In this document: positions 36,882 through 47,802 of the stretch, in pieces | How the letters are laid out: every line of letters begins with the position of its first letter | Position numbering within the stretch: position 1 is the first letter of the stretch | Origin: an uncultured Bacteriovoracaceae bacterium | GTDB taxonomy: Bacteria; Bdellovibrionota; UBA1018 | Direction: 5' to 3' | DNA length: 64,000 nucleotides | NCBI GenBank assembly: GCA_964364175.1 | Contig: CAYILR010000003.1 | Coordinates: 64,097-128,096, forward strand | The notes under the pieces: generated by a model | Told to the model about the DNA's origin: nothing | Seen by the model: the letters and a program-made list of their open reading frames with translations, nothing else | Database searches by the model: none | Position numbers and translations under genes: made by a program

Positions 36882-38419
36882 GTGCGTGTGATCCCTTCTT
36901 GTCGAGCGCGAGCGGCCCAGCCAGAAACAGAATTGGGTGCCACAGCCACAGAAGATCCGTTCAAGTGAGCCTTGTCTATAGTTTGAACCAACGCAGCCAC
37001 CAACGCCATCTCACGAGAAGGCGGGGTTGGATCATCACGCGTTAAATCCGGATGGTTCGCAATCAGATCAGTGGTCGTATCACCACCTCTCACCACCTCG
37101 TTGCGAACGAGTTTCTGCAAAAACGAAAGATTCGTCCGCAGCGAACCTTTTCGAAACCCTTGTTCATCGCGCGGAGATTCCACTCGAACCTCATCTAAAG
37201 CCACACGCAAGCGATCCACTGCCGCATCCCGCGTCTGCCCCCAAACCGAAACCTTGGCGATCATTGGGTCATAGTGAAGGCTCACCTCACCCGGTCCGGT
37301 AAAAGCCGTATCCACTCGCACAAAAGGCCCCGATGGAAACGCAATGCGCCCAATCGGTCCAGGTGCCGGCAAAAATGTTTTGGGATCCTCTGCGTACAAT
37401 CGCACCTCGATCGCGCTTCCTCGACGTTCCGGCACCGCTGGCAACTTCATCTCACCACACGCCAAAAGCAACTGCCAAGCAACGAGATCCACACCCGTCA
37501 CCCACTCCGTCACCGGGTGTTCGACTTGCAACCGAGTATTCATTTCAAGGAAATAAAAATTCCCCTGACCATCGACAATGAACTCAAAAGTTCCAGCTCC
37601 AGCGTACTTCACATGACAGGCCACACGAACAGCGGCCTCTGACATTTTTTCACGCGTCTTTGGATGTTTTTCCAAAATTGGAGAAGGCGATTCTTCCCAA
37701 ACTTTTTGGTGCCGACGCTGAATCGAACACTCGCGCTCACCCAGGTGAATCGCACCGCCCTTGCCATCCCCAAAAACCTGAATTTCTACATGATGAGGCT
37801 GTAAAATGAATTTCTCGACATACATCGATCCATCCCCGAATGCTCCGAGCGCCTCCCGCGAAGCGCCCTCAAATGCCGAAGCAATTTCGGACTCAGCATC
37901 TACACGCCTCATCCCTTTACCACCGCCGCCTGCCGCCGCCTTGAGCAAAACAGGATAGCCAATTTCCTTCGCCACGCGAGCCGCCTCGGTCCCATCCTTC
38001 ACTGCGCCCTTGCTTCCAGGAACACCGGGAACCTTCAAAGCACTGATCGTTTCACGCGCGCGGATTTTATCTCCCATCACGCGCATGCTATCCGCCGATG
38101 GCCCGACAAAAATCAACCCAGCCTTCTCGCAGGCTTCCACAAAATGTGCACGCTCCGACAAAAATCCATATCCGGGATGAACATACTTCGCGCCCGTCTT
38201 GCGAGCCGCTGCGATCACTTTCTCCACGTTGAGATAGCTATCCTTAGGAGCCGCCCCCCCGATCCAAACCGATTGATCACAATGCCAAGGGTGCTCCGCC
38301 CATCGATCGGCGTCAGAATAAAGCCCCACTGTAGAAAATCCCAAAGCCTTGCAAGTTCGCGCGATGCGGATCGCAATTTCACCGCGATTCGCAATCAGGA
38401 CTCCGCCTCGATTCTTCAT
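36878..38419 (-). CDS. Biotin carboxylase subunit (acetyl/propionyl-CoA carboxylase alpha-like, ATP-grasp)
   Basis: N-terminal [15 protein letters not shown] and an ATP-grasp core. 513 aa. Confidence 0.9.
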   Translation of the reverse strand: MKNRGGVLIANRGEIAIRIARTCKALGFSTVGLYSDADRWAEHPWHCDQSVWIGGAAPKDSYLNVEKVIAAARKTGAKYVHPGYGFLSERAHFVEACEKAGLIFVGPSADSMRVMGDKIRARETISALKVPGVPGSKGAVKDGTEAARVAKEIGYPVLLKAAAGGGGKGMRRVDAESEIASAFEGASREALGAFGDGSMYVEKFILQPHHVEIQVFGDGKGGAIHLGERECSIQRRHQKVWEESPSPILEKHPKTREKMSEAAVRVACHVKYAGAGTFEFIVDGQGNFYFLEMNTRLQVEHPVTEWVTGVDLVAWQLLLACGEMKLPAVPERRGSAIEVRLYAEDPKTFLPAPGPIGRIAFPSGPFVRVDTAFTGPGEVSLHYDPMIAKVSVWGQTRDAAVDRLRVALDEVRVESPRDEQGFRKGSLRTNLSFLQKLVRNEVVRGGDTTTDLIANHPDLTRDDPTPPSREMALVAALVQTIDKAHLNGSSVAVAPNSVSGWAARARQEGITRT

Positions 38420-39975
38420 AGCGGAATATTCCCGTGTTTCCGGGGAGGAGTTTTCTCGCGTTTACCCTCCACCGCTTTCAATCCCTGAATCAGCTGACGA
38501 CGCGTCTCCTCGGGAACAATGATCTCATCCACAAACCCTAGCTCAGCCGCCTTGTAGGGATTCGCAAAAGTGCTACGGTACAACTCCACCAAGCGGGCTC
38601 TCTCCTCAACCACGCGCCCCGCTTTCTCAGCTGCCAAAATTTCTTTTCTATAAAGAATGTTGATCGCACCCTCGGGGCCCATCACTGCGATCTCCGCAGT
38701 AGGATATACGAAATTAAGATCCGCGCGAATATGCTTCGATGCCATCACGTCGTACGCACCGCCATAGGCCTTGCGTGTGATCACGGTCAGCTTCGGCACC
38801 GTGGCTTCCGCAAATGCGTACAGCAATTTCGCACCATGCTTGATGATCCCGCCGTGCTCCTGCTTCGTTCCCGGCAAAAATCCTGGTACATCAACAAACG
38901 TAATCAGCGGAATATTAAATGAATCACAGAACCGCACAAAACGAGCTGCCTTTACCGACGCTGCAATGTCCAAGCATCCCGCCAGGTGATCCGGTTGATT
39001 GCCCACAATTCCAACGACGCGTCCATCCAGTCGCGCATAGCCAATAACGATATTGCGCGCATAGGCCTCCTGCACTTCCAGAAATCGTCCATCATCCACG
39101 ACATCCGCAATAATCCGCCGCATATCGTAGGGTTTGTTGGACGAATCCGGCAGAATTTTTGGAATTTCCAAACACTGCCGATCTGGTGAATCTGCAGGTT
39201 GAGTCCGTGGAGCCAAATCCAAATTATTCGAGGGCAAAAATCCGATCAGTTCCCGAACCGCTTCGAGACAGCTGCGCTCGTCGGGGCGAACCATATGTGT
39301 AACACCACTTTTTTCCGCATGTGCATCCGCACCACCCAATGCTTCCTTCGTCACATCCTCGTGCGTGACGGTTTTGATCACATCCGGCCCCGTTACAAAC
39401 ATGTACGAAGTATTTTCAACCATGAAAATAAAATCCGTCATCGCAGGACTGTAAACCGCACCCCCCGCACAAGGTCCCAGAATCACGCTGATCTGTGGAA
39501 TCACTCCGCTCGCTTGAACATTCCGCCAAAAAATCTCAGCATATCCACCGAGACTCTCCACGCCCTCTTGAATCCGCGCACCGCCCGAATCGTTCAGCCC
39601 AATGATGGGACAACCCGCCTTCAAAGCCAGGTCCATCACCTTGCAAATTTTAGATGCATGAGCCCCCGAGAGAGAACCCCCAAAAACCGTGAAGTCCTGG
39701 GAGAAAACATACATCGTACGGCCCTGAATCGTTCCGTATCCCGTGACCACACCATCGCTCAGGAATTTCTGATCCTGCATCCCGAAATCCGTGCAGCGAT
39801 GAGTGACATATTTATCTAATTCCACGAAACTGCCCGGATCGAGCAGGAGATTCACTCGCTCACGCGCCGTCAACTTTCCGGCGGCGTGTTGCTTCGCAAT
39901 TCGATCTTCACCACCCCCGAGCTCCGAAAGACGTTCCTTTTCGGCCAGCTGCTGGAGCTTTTCCTGATAGTTCAT
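38416..39975 (-). CDS. pccB: Propionyl-CoA carboxylase beta chain / methylmalonyl-CoA carboxyltransferase
   Basis: 519 aa carboxyltransferase domain (…[18 protein letters not shown]…, …GGAYDVM…). In an operon with biotin carboxylase, BCCP and the MCM subunit. Confidence 0.9.
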   Translation of the reverse strand: MNYQEKLQQLAEKERLSELGGGEDRIAKQHAAGKLTARERVNLLLDPGSFVELDKYVTHRCTDFGMQDQKFLSDGVVTGYGTIQGRTMYVFSQDFTVFGGSLSGAHASKICKVMDLALKAGCPIIGLNDSGGARIQEGVESLGGYAEIFWRNVQASGVIPQISVILGPCAGGAVYSPAMTDFIFMVENTSYMFVTGPDVIKTVTHEDVTKEALGGADAHAEKSGVTHMVRPDERSCLEAVRELIGFLPSNNLDLAPRTQPADSPDRQCLEIPKILPDSSNKPYDMRRIIADVVDDGRFLEVQEAYARNIVIGYARLDGRVVGIVGNQPDHLAGCLDIAASVKAARFVRFCDSFNIPLITFVDVPGFLPGTKQEHGGIIKHGAKLLYAFAEATVPKLTVITRKAYGGAYDVMASKHIRADLNFVYPTAEIAVMGPEGAINILYRKEILAAEKAGRVVEERARLVELYRSTFANPYKAAELGFVDEIIVPEETRRQLIQGLKAVEGKREKTPPRKHGNIPL

Positions 39976-40039
39976 TTATTTTGGATACTCGAATCCTAGA
40001 TCAAAGTCAGCAATAGAGTTACCCTAAGATGGAGGACTA

Positions 40040-40732
40040 TTGAGACTGAGACGCTACATCCGGGTCGCTGTCATGGGGTGGTTTTTATTTTTAGTGGGAA
40101 CTGCGCAAGCAGGTGGGCCGGGGTTCGTGGAAACAGGCTTGGGTATCGATCAAATGATCGGCGGAAAACCCTACTTCGAAGACGCTCCTGGAGTCTCGGG
40201 TTTCGGCAGCCAGCTCAGTCTCGCAATTGGACTCGACACCAGCCACTGGTACCGAAGACCCAAGCCAATTTGGGTTCATTTTGGAGTCTGGGCGCAACTG
40301 GATATGATGAGCAACGCGCTCAGTAACGGTACACTGAACTCACTCAACTTTGGCGCCCTCTATCCCTTCGCTCGCGTTCATGTGAAACAGGTTTTTCTCA
40401 CCGTCGGCGGCTCACCTTTCCTATTCTCGTCCGAAGGGGTAGACGCCAGCTTGACAGGCATGAAAATGAAAACCAGCTTTATCGGACTCCTGGTTCAAGC
40501 CGGATACGAATGGGAAATCACACCCGAAGTTTCCATGCTGTTCGCTGGACAAAACCAAACCGCGTTCCGAGGCAAAGCCGGACCCAGTCCATCCGCTCTC
40601 TACGCAGCCACGCTTTCCTTCCGATTTTTCCTATTCCCCGATTCCAGCTGGAAACGCCGCCGCCGCTACTATGGCGAGGACGAAGATCCATACCCAGGAT
40701 GGCGTTACCCCTACGGATGGCCGTTGCACTAG
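40040..40732 (+). CDS. Secreted beta-barrel-like hypothetical protein with an Arg/aromatic-rich C-terminal tail
   Basis: Signal peptide MRLRRYIRVAVMGWFLFLVGTAQA. C-terminus ...SWKRRRRYYGEDEDPYPGWRYPYGWPLH. Confidence 0.6.
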   Translation: MRLRRYIRVAVMGWFLFLVGTAQAGGPGFVETGLGIDQMIGGKPYFEDAPGVSGFGSQLSLAIGLDTSHWYRRPKPIWVHFGVWAQLDMMSNALSNGTLNSLNFGALYPFARVHVKQVFLTVGGSPFLFSSEGVDASLTGMKMKTSFIGLLVQAGYEWEITPEVSMLFAGQNQTAFRGKAGPSPSALYAATLSFRFFLFPDSSWKRRRRYYGEDEDPYPGWRYPYGWPLH

Positions 40733-40791
40733 GTTATCTCCAAAATTCTTCAGAGATTTGGTAGTTGAATTGACTATTGATAAATTCACTC

Positions 40792-40890
40792 GAGATTTTT
40801 GTATCGAGTACCCGGTCCACGCCAGCCGGAGGCGATAGGCGTGAGCGCAGGAAGCGCGCAGCGGCGTACTCGATACAAAAATCTTGAGTG
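40792..40890 (+). repeat. Palindromic intergenic repeat, family 2, copy 2, with perfect 11-bp terminal inverted repeats
   Basis: GTATCGAGTAC (40801-40811) ... GTACTCGATAC (40866-40876) enclose CCGGTCCACGCCAGCCGGAGGCGATAGGCGTGAGCGCAGGAAGCGCGCAGCGGC. In a convergent intergenic gap. Confidence 0.6.
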
Positions 40891-40905
40891 AATTCTGGCG
40901 ATAAC

Positions 40906-42498
40906 CTAGGCGGCTTCGCCGTCGCCACCGGCCTCACGCATCAGCTTGCGCTTATCCAGGCCGTATTTGTCGACCTTCATGATGAGGCCAGCGCGTGAGA
41001 TTCCCAGCTCTTTCGCCAATCGGCTCTTATTCCAGCCGGTGCGGCGCAGACCCTCTTTGATCATGGTCTTTTCGAGCTCTTCGAGAGCGTCTTTGAGTTT
41101 GCCCGCAACGCGAACACCTTGAATTTTTGTGTGATCACCAAAGTCGCGAATTCGCGGAGAGAGCATTTCGGCAGCAACCTTAGGATCATCACCCGACAAG
41201 ACAATCAAGCGTTCCACTTCGTTCTCCAACTCCCGGATATTCCCGGGCCATGGATAATCAAATATTTTTTCCAGCGCGCGCTTGGCGAGAGTTTTCAGCG
41301 GCAATTGCTTTTCTTTGCATCCGCGTGCAACAAAATGATCCAGTAAAACCGGAATATCTTCTCGGCGATCCCGCAGTGGTGGCACCACGACATTGATCAC
41401 GTTGATTCGATAATATAAATCTTCTCGGAACAAACCCTGCTCAATCATGTCCTTGAGATCACGGTTCGTCGCCGCCACCACACGAACATCCACTTTGCGC
41501 TGCTCGGTCCCCCCGACCGGAGTCAGAGTCCCTTCCTGCAAAACCCGCAAGAGCTTTACTTGCATTGTGGGCGACATATCCCCGATCTCATCAAGGAATA
41601 AAGTTCCCTTGTCAGCAGTCTCAAATAAACCTTTTTTATCTTTCACAGCGCCCGTAAACGACCCTCTGACGTGACCAAACAACTCACTGTCCAAAAGATT
41701 TTCGTTGAACGCCGAGCAGTTGACCGTCACAAATTGCGCTTCTTTGCGAGGAGAATTGAAGTGAATCGCGCGAGCGATCAACTCCTTACCAGTTCCGTTC
41801 TCCCCTTGAATCAAAACCGTGGATTCGGATGTTTTGATTTTATCGAGCAAGGAATACAGCGCCTGCATGGGTTTGGATTTTCCGATCATCGAGCCATAAC
41901 TATAGCGGTTCCCGAGTTCGCTGTTGAGCTGATCGATGCGCTCCTCGCGTTTGGTAATCTCCGCGTGGAAAGCCATGATCTCCTGTGCAACCAAATCCAC
42001 CAATTCGAAAAAATATTTCCGGTCCGTATCGGTGAAGGGCTTCATTTTAGCAATCGCGCCCTCAAAAGAACCCGCGTCCAGCCCCTGCGACGCGGCCCAT
42101 GATTTTGCCTTCGTCAAAGCCTGAGCGCTCAAAGGCTTCTCAATAAATGAATAAGCCACCACGCTTCCCAAGAACTCATTTCCTACACTGACTTTAGATA
42201 CAGTAAATTTCTCAAATCCCATCGGACCATCTAGAGTGAGACTCGCACCCGCAGTATGTTTATAAATTTTCTCGTTAGCCTGCGCACACGCGTCTAAAAT
42301 CCATTTCCGTCCTTTTTCCTGCGATAGGAGTGCAGCGCAAAGTGGATTTTTGAATTCCTTCTGACGATCCAAGGCATCGTAGTTTCGGACCTGCCCTCTT
42401 TCGTCGACAAAGAAAATTTCAGTGTTAAACCACTGAGCCAAAATCGCTTCAAGCTTCCGAATCACATGAATGTGTTTGAGATCTTCCCAATTCACCAT
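40906..42498 (-). CDS. Sigma-54-dependent transcriptional activator (N-terminal PocR-like sensory domain, AAA+ sigma-54 interaction domain, C-terminal Fis-type HTH)
   Basis: GENGTGKELIARAIH Walker A, GAFTGA-like loop (GSFTGA), ESELFGH region, and a C-terminal HTH ...RTGWNKSRLAKELGISRAGLIMKVDKYGL. Confidence 0.9.
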   Translation of the reverse strand: MVNWEDLKHIHVIRKLEAILAQWFNTEIFFVDERGQVRNYDALDRQKEFKNPLCAALLSQEKGRKWILDACAQANEKIYKHTAGASLTLDGPMGFEKFTVSKVSVGNEFLGSVVAYSFIEKPLSAQALTKAKSWAASQGLDAGSFEGAIAKMKPFTDTDRKYFFELVDLVAQEIMAFHAEITKREERIDQLNSELGNRYSYGSMIGKSKPMQALYSLLDKIKTSESTVLIQGENGTGKELIARAIHFNSPRKEAQFVTVNCSAFNENLLDSELFGHVRGSFTGAVKDKKGLFETADKGTLFLDEIGDMSPTMQVKLLRVLQEGTLTPVGGTEQRKVDVRVVAATNRDLKDMIEQGLFREDLYYRINVINVVVPPLRDRREDIPVLLDHFVARGCKEKQLPLKTLAKRALEKIFDYPWPGNIRELENEVERLIVLSGDDPKVAAEMLSPRIRDFGDHTKIQGVRVAGKLKDALEELEKTMIKEGLRRTGWNKSRLAKELGISRAGLIMKVDKYGLDKRKLMREAGGDGEAA

Positions 42499-42596
42499 GA
42501 CTCACTTGTCGGCAGAACCTGACTAAAGTTTAAGCATATTGATGATATTTTTGACGGTAATGGATTTTCATCAGTAATTCCGACTCAATAGCGCAG

Positions 42597-43127
42597 CTAT
42601 TCTGACTGTATCTTCTTAACTATTGTTTTGCCCAAAGATTTCCAATCCTGTGGACCCACCCACTTCTCCAAAACATGATGCCTCGCATCCAATAAATAAG
42701 TCTCGGGAAATTGAAATGTTCCAAAAGCTTCCGCAACCTTCGCACTCTCATCCATCAGAGAAAAAAGGCCCGGCACTTTCTTCGACTCAGGAAATAACTC
42801 ATGAAGCTCTTTCCACGAATGATCCCCGCTCACAGCCACCCACTGTAATTTATTATCCTGATTTTGTTGAGCATTCGCGATGAACTGGGGAATTTCCTCC
42901 GCACAAGGCGCGCACCAGGCCGCCCAAAAATGCACTACCATGGGTGTCCCCAAAGAATCATCTGACTTAAATACCTTGCCGTCAAAATCCTTGAGTTCGA
43001 AGCTCAATCTTTTTGGGTCGACTCCTGGCCCAGAACTGCTGTGAAATACGCCGTATACGGCCGCAAGACCAGAAAGCGTCAAAATGATGAGAGTCAGCGA
43101 GATTTTCAAAGCAGGTTTTCTGTACAT
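42597..43127 (-). CDS. TlpA/ResA-like membrane-anchored thioredoxin-fold thiol:disulfide oxidoreductase
   Basis: WAAWCAPC (CxxC) motif and an N-terminal TM anchor. The start could also be the GTG at 43148. Confidence 0.8.
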   Translation of the reverse strand: MYRKPALKISLTLIILTLSGLAAVYGVFHSSSGPGVDPKRLSFELKDFDGKVFKSDDSLGTPMVVHFWAAWCAPCAEEIPQFIANAQQNQDNKLQWVAVSGDHSWKELHELFPESKKVPGLFSLMDESAKVAEAFGTFQFPETYLLDARHHVLEKWVGPQDWKSLGKTIVKKIQSE

Positions 43128-43176
43128 TTTCGCTTCCACGGCTACCACAAATCCTCAATCTGGGTATACTTAAACT

Positions 43177-43701
43177 GTGAGGCACACTTTATTACTCAAC
43201 GCCTCTTATGAACCGCTCCACATCGTATCTTGGCAACGAGCACTCCAGATGCTCTTTCAAGGCAAGGTCGAGGTGGTAGTAGAGTCCGACCGCGAGGTTC
43301 GGACCGTCAGCATCGCCATGCGCATCCCTTCCGTACTCAAACTCAGGCAATACGTTCAATTTCAACGCAAAAAAAATCTGATCCGATTTTCCCGAATCAA
43401 TATATTCATCCGCGATCAATACCGCTGCCAGTATTGTGGAGACCGATTCTCACGCCCATGCCTCACACTAGATCACATCGTTCCAGTGGTTCAAGGAGGC
43501 CCAAAATCCTGGGAAAACATCGTGACCGCTTGCAAACCCTGCAATCAACGCAAAGGGGGCAGAACACCCCAGCAGGCCGCGATGAAACTGGTCCACAACC
43601 CCTCCCAACCGACCTGGCTCCCCAGCACACAAATTCAAATGGCCATTGCAGTCACTCCAGACCCGTGGAAACCTTATCTGGATGAGCCAAACATCGAGTA
43701 A
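43177..43701 (+). CDS. HNH endonuclease (COG1403-type, 5-methylcytosine restriction-like family)
   Basis: LNASYEPLHIVSWQRALQMLF N-terminus and an HNH core: YCGDRFSRPCLTLDHIVPVVQGG...NIVTACKPCNQRKG. Confidence 0.85.
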   Translation: MRHTLLLNASYEPLHIVSWQRALQMLFQGKVEVVVESDREVRTVSIAMRIPSVLKLRQYVQFQRKKNLIRFSRINIFIRDQYRCQYCGDRFSRPCLTLDHIVPVVQGGPKSWENIVTACKPCNQRKGGRTPQQAAMKLVHNPSQPTWLPSTQIQMAIAVTPDPWKPYLDEPNIE

Positions 43702-44188
43702 GCCAGCCCCCATCGCAATAAAACCTTTCGAGGAGTCCATTCTCAGACAATACGGAGACATGCTCCTCGATCTCAGCAGCTCGATTTTATGGAGTCAGAC
43801 CGAGGGAAGAAAAATCGTTCGGCAGGTTTTAGAAAAATTACAGAAGCAATCTCGTCATTTGCAACCTGAGCGCTATCAACGAGCCTGGGTACTTCAGAAT
43901 GCCTGCCAGCTTCTACAAAAAACAGCGATCAAATCCACCCGAACTCTCACTCCCTCAGAACAGGCCATGGTGGATTCCATCAAAGAGCCCACCGAACGCT
44001 TGGTACAACTCGAATCCTATTTTCATCGGCTCCACCTCAACGAACAAATTCTTCTACTTCTTCGAGATAAATATGGAATCCCCTATCCCGAAATCGCCAT
44101 TGCGATGCACATGCCCGAGGACTCACTGAAAGTCATGCGCCAGCAAGCGCTCGAAACCCTTGAACGATGGGTGTGGTGCCACGCATGA
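43682..44188 (+). CDS. ECF-type RNA polymerase sigma factor (sigma-70 region 2/4)
   Basis: The C-terminal region-4 HTH LLLLRDKYGIPYPEIAIAMHMPEDSLKVMRQQALETL. Start uncertain: the ORF track uses the TTG at 43646; ATG at 43682; overlaps the end of the HNH gene. Confidence 0.65.
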   Translation: MSQTSSKPAPIAIKPFEESILRQYGDMLLDLSSSILWSQTEGRKIVRQVLEKLQKQSRHLQPERYQRAWVLQNACQLLQKTAIKSTRTLTPSEQAMVDSIKEPTERLVQLESYFHRLHLNEQILLLLRDKYGIPYPEIAIAMHMPEDSLKVMRQQALETLERWVWCHA

Positions 44189-45138
44189 ACAACACATCCA
44201 TGAACTGTTTTGATTGGAACAGCCATTCTTCCGATTACCTGGATGGCACACTGATGGGGCAGCAAAAAAGGGACGCGGACCAGCATCTGGAATCCTGCGC
44301 TGCCTGCCAAAAAAGATTTTCTCACTACCGCCAGCTTCTCAACACACTCAAAACCCAGCCTCGTGCAGAGCTTCTCCACTCAGCGGATTCTCCTGCCTGG
44401 TACAAGCAAACCTTGCGCTGGCTCAAAGCACACCCCAACAAAACACGTTCCACCACCCCTTGGTTCATCCGAGGAAGCGTCGAAGGTATTGGAATGGCAG
44501 CAGCACTTCTCATCCTCGTAGCAGCCGTGCCCAAGCTTAAAAATATCTACGACAATCAGAGACAAAAACGATTGGAGGCTTTTTTTGAACCCGCCAATCC
44601 CCCTGTCGCGAACAGGGTTGATGCGCCTCCTCTCGCCCGCGGCCAGACTGACGTTTTGGAAAGCGAATTCGAAACAGATGAAGCAAGCGACTCTCCCACA
44701 CAAGAAGAATCGGCTCCGACTACAGGATCTGTGCCATCCCGCCCTGGGGAAATTTGGCGATTTGGAATCAAAACACCCAGCCCCAAGGAAATGCGCCCGC
44801 TCATTCTCAAGGCACTTTCAAGCTTAGCGGCGGAATTTCCAGCTGGTAAACAAGGCGGCCTCGAAGCCCCGGGTGGAATTCAATTCGAAGCTTGGATTCC
44901 CAGCGACCGAACCTTGGCCCTGAAAGAAAAACTACAGGCGTTGGCAGACCAGTATGCTGCCAGACCTGGTAGTGAAGAACAAGCCACCACAGACGACAAC
45001 GACAGCGAAAAATTACCGGACAACGCGCCCCTCAATACTCACAATGCGCATTTCACCTGGTACAAAAACCGCTCAAAAAAGCTGGTAGCAGGGCCTGCCG
45101 GGAAAACTCGAGTGATTATTTGGTTGTCGCAAATTTAA
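44185..45138 (+). CDS. Anti-sigma factor (zinc-finger HxxxCxxC N-terminal domain, single TM, Pro/Glu-rich periplasmic region)
   Basis: Start ATG at 44185 overlapping the sigma-factor stop (ATGA). MNNTSMNCFDWNSHSSDYLDGTL...HLESCAACQKRF is typical of the anti-sigma zinc-binding domain. TM segment GIGMAAALLILVAAV. Confidence 0.7.
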   Translation: MNNTSMNCFDWNSHSSDYLDGTLMGQQKRDADQHLESCAACQKRFSHYRQLLNTLKTQPRAELLHSADSPAWYKQTLRWLKAHPNKTRSTTPWFIRGSVEGIGMAAALLILVAAVPKLKNIYDNQRQKRLEAFFEPANPPVANRVDAPPLARGQTDVLESEFETDEASDSPTQEESAPTTGSVPSRPGEIWRFGIKTPSPKEMRPLILKALSSLAAEFPAGKQGGLEAPGGIQFEAWIPSDRTLALKEKLQALADQYAARPGSEEQATTDDNDSEKLPDNAPLNTHNAHFTWYKNRSKKLVAGPAGKTRVIIWLSQI

Positions 45139-45159
45139 ACTCCTGAGTATGATCCCAGC

Positions 45160-47802
45160 ATGAAAAGATCCGTCTCGTTGTTTTTCTTTTTTTTCGCCTT
45201 TTTTATCCTCAACTCCTGTTCCACATTTCAAAAGAAAAACTCGGGCGCGTCGTCTCCTGACAATACACAAAATCTGACTCGCGAACTCGCAAAGCAAAGA
45301 TCCGAGCAAATCAAGAACGTGCACTACTACCTGGACATACGGCTCAATGCGACCGATCTGACTTACGCAGGAAAAGTAGAAATCGACTTCGACCTATTGA
45401 ATCAAAACCACCCAATCATCCTAGATTTTTTCAAAGGACAGATTCGCTCGATTTCAGCCAACGAAAAGCCCCTGGCAAACTTCACTTACAACGAAGCAAA
45501 AATTTTGATTCCAGCCAAAGAACTCAAATCGGGTCCGAACATCCTCAAAATAGAATTCGATCATTCTTACAGCTCAACCGGCGCGGGACTCCATCGATTC
45601 CAAGATCCTCAGGACAATGGGGTTTATCTCTACACCCAATTCGAACCTTACGACGCCAATCGTTTTTTCCCCTGCTTTGACCAACCCGATTTGAAAGCCA
45701 CTTACACATTGACGGTTGAAGCTCCTGCCGACTGGCAAATCGTTTCGTCTACTTTGGAAAAAGACATCCGGAAAAAAGGCAGCATGAAGCTCTGGAGCTT
45801 TCCAAAATCCCAGGTTTTCAGCACTTATTTATTCTCTCTGCACGCCGGCCCCTACCAGGTTTGGAAATCCCAATTCGGCAAACTCCCGCTCAGACTCCTC
45901 GCACGCAAATCGATGGCCAAATACATCCGGCATCAAGAATGGTTTAGCATCACCAAAAATGGGTTGGCATTCTACAACGAATACTTTCAATACCCCTACC
46001 CCTTCAAAAAATACGACCAAATCATCGTTCCAGATTTCAACGCAGGCGCGATGGAGAATGTCGCTGCAGTGACTTTTGCAGAGAAGCTCATTCCCAGAGC
46101 CACACCCACTTACAACGAGCGCGAACGCATCGCCGCAATCGCGCTGCACGAGATGGCCCATATGTGGTTTGGAGATCTCGTGACGATGCAATGGTGGGAT
46201 GGACTTTGGTTGAACGAGAGCTTCGCCACCTATATGGCAACTCTGTCACTGGACCGCACAACCGAGTTCAAAAACGCGTGGCAGTCTTTTTTCGCCTATA
46301 ATAAGCAGCGCGCCTACATCGAAGACGCGCAAGTCACCACTCATCCTGTGGATGTAGCCGTCCCCGACATTCGCACCACATCCACGAATTTCGACGGAAT
46401 CACCTATGGAAAAGGCGCTTCGGTCCTGAAGCAGCTTTCGTTTTTCGTGGGGGCCGATACATTCCGAGACGGAGTCAGACGCTACTTAAAGAAACGAGAA
46501 TTTCAAAATGCGACCATCACCGACTTTATGGATTCCATCGCCGAGGGAACAAAACTCGATCTCAAACGCTGGACACACGAATGGCTGAAAGAAGCTGGCA
46601 CCAACTCTTCTGCATTGAAATACTCATGCGAAGGCGGGCAAATCAAATCAGCCACTCTTGAACAAAAATCACCCGAAGATCACCCATTGCTTCGACAGCA
46701 TCGAACACGGATTGGTCTTTTCAAACAAAACCTGCAAATCGCTTCTGTGGATACTTTGTACGACGGCACGAGCACCGAGATCACAGAGCTGCGAGGCAAA
46801 CCCTGCCCTGAATGGGTTTACGCGAACCTAGACGATTACGACTTCGCGCAAGTCCGACTGGACGAGGCCAGTCTTCAGGCGGTCAAAACCCAATTACCCA
46901 AAATCAAAGACCCTTTGTTGCGTGTAATGCTCTGGCAATCACTCTGGTTCATGGTGAGAGACGTTGAACTGTCGGTTTCAGAATACATCGACCAACTGAC
47001 AGGGGTTTTGGGACAAGAAAAAGAGATCCGCGTCCTCACCTACGTTTTGGAAACTCTGCAGAACGCTCGAAACTATCTGCCACCTCCCGGCCGCCCCGGA
47101 GATTCGATCGCTCAGCAATACGAAACCAAAATAGAGAACTTTCTGTGGACGAACCTGAACCAATCCCCCGTAGGCAGCGAATTGCAACGCATCTGGTTTG
47201 ATGCCTACGTTCACGCAGCCAATACGCCTGAGGCAGGAAAGCACCTGATGGAGTTTCTAAACCATAAACGCTCCATCCCCAAACTCGTGATCGACCAAGA
47301 TCGCAGATGGGAGATCATCACACGTCTGAATAGGATGGGAGCTCCAGGATCATTCGAATTAATCGCCAAGGAATCCAAGCAAGACCCCTCTGATCAAGGC
47401 GTAAAAATGTCCATCTCAGCACAAGCCGTGCGCCCAGACGAAAAAATCAAAGCTGAATGGTTTGCCAAAATCGAAGAGAACAAAATGCCGCTAGCCAAGT
47501 TGCGCCACGCGATTTTTTACCTATTCCCCAAAACACAAGTCGACCTACACGAGCAATACGAGAACAAGATTCTGAATCGCCTCACCGAGTACTCCAGCAC
47601 ACGAGACACAGAGTATCTTTGGGCGTTCACCGCCTTGATTCCAGCCACTTGCAGTGAGAAAAGCGTGCGAACACTGGGGCAATACATCAGTCAACACTCT
47701 GACCTATCACCCATCACAATCAAGTCATTGCGAATTGCGCACGAGGAAGACGAACGCTGTGTGAAGATTCGGAAGCTGTTTTTAGCGCAGCCTAAGCATT
47801 AG
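45160..47802 (+). CDS. pepN: Aminopeptidase N (M1 family), lipoprotein-like
   Basis: GAMEN motif (GAMENVAAVTF) and HEMAHMWFGDLVTMQWWDGLWLNESFATY (HExxH...E). Signal/lipobox ...FFILNSCSTF. Confidence 0.9.
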   Translation: MKRSVSLFFFFFAFFILNSCSTFQKKNSGASSPDNTQNLTRELAKQRSEQIKNVHYYLDIRLNATDLTYAGKVEIDFDLLNQNHPIILDFFKGQIRSISANEKPLANFTYNEAKILIPAKELKSGPNILKIEFDHSYSSTGAGLHRFQDPQDNGVYLYTQFEPYDANRFFPCFDQPDLKATYTLTVEAPADWQIVSSTLEKDIRKKGSMKLWSFPKSQVFSTYLFSLHAGPYQVWKSQFGKLPLRLLARKSMAKYIRHQEWFSITKNGLAFYNEYFQYPYPFKKYDQIIVPDFNAGAMENVAAVTFAEKLIPRATPTYNERERIAAIALHEMAHMWFGDLVTMQWWDGLWLNESFATYMATLSLDRTTEFKNAWQSFFAYNKQRAYIEDAQVTTHPVDVAVPDIRTTSTNFDGITYGKGASVLKQLSFFVGADTFRDGVRRYLKKREFQNATITDFMDSIAEGTKLDLKRWTHEWLKEAGTNSSALKYSCEGGQIKSATLEQKSPEDHPLLRQHRTRIGLFKQNLQIASVDTLYDGTSTEITELRGKPCPEWVYANLDDYDFAQVRLDEASLQAVKTQLPKIKDPLLRVMLWQSLWFMVRDVELSVSEYIDQLTGVLGQEKEIRVLTYVLETLQNARNYLPPPGRPGDSIAQQYETKIENFLWTNLNQSPVGSELQRIWFDAYVHAANTPEAGKHLMEFLNHKRSIPKLVIDQDRRWEIITRLNRMGAPGSFELIAKESKQDPSDQGVKMSISAQAVRPDEKIKAEWFAKIEENKMPLAKLRHAIFYLFPKTQVDLHEQYENKILNRLTEYSSTRDTEYLWAFTALIPATCSEKSVRTLGQYISQHSDLSPITIKSLRIAHEEDERCVKIRKLFLAQPKH

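Noticed and set aside
41671-42102. 143-aa plus ORF
   Set aside because: Antisense to the sigma-54 activator AAA+ domain.
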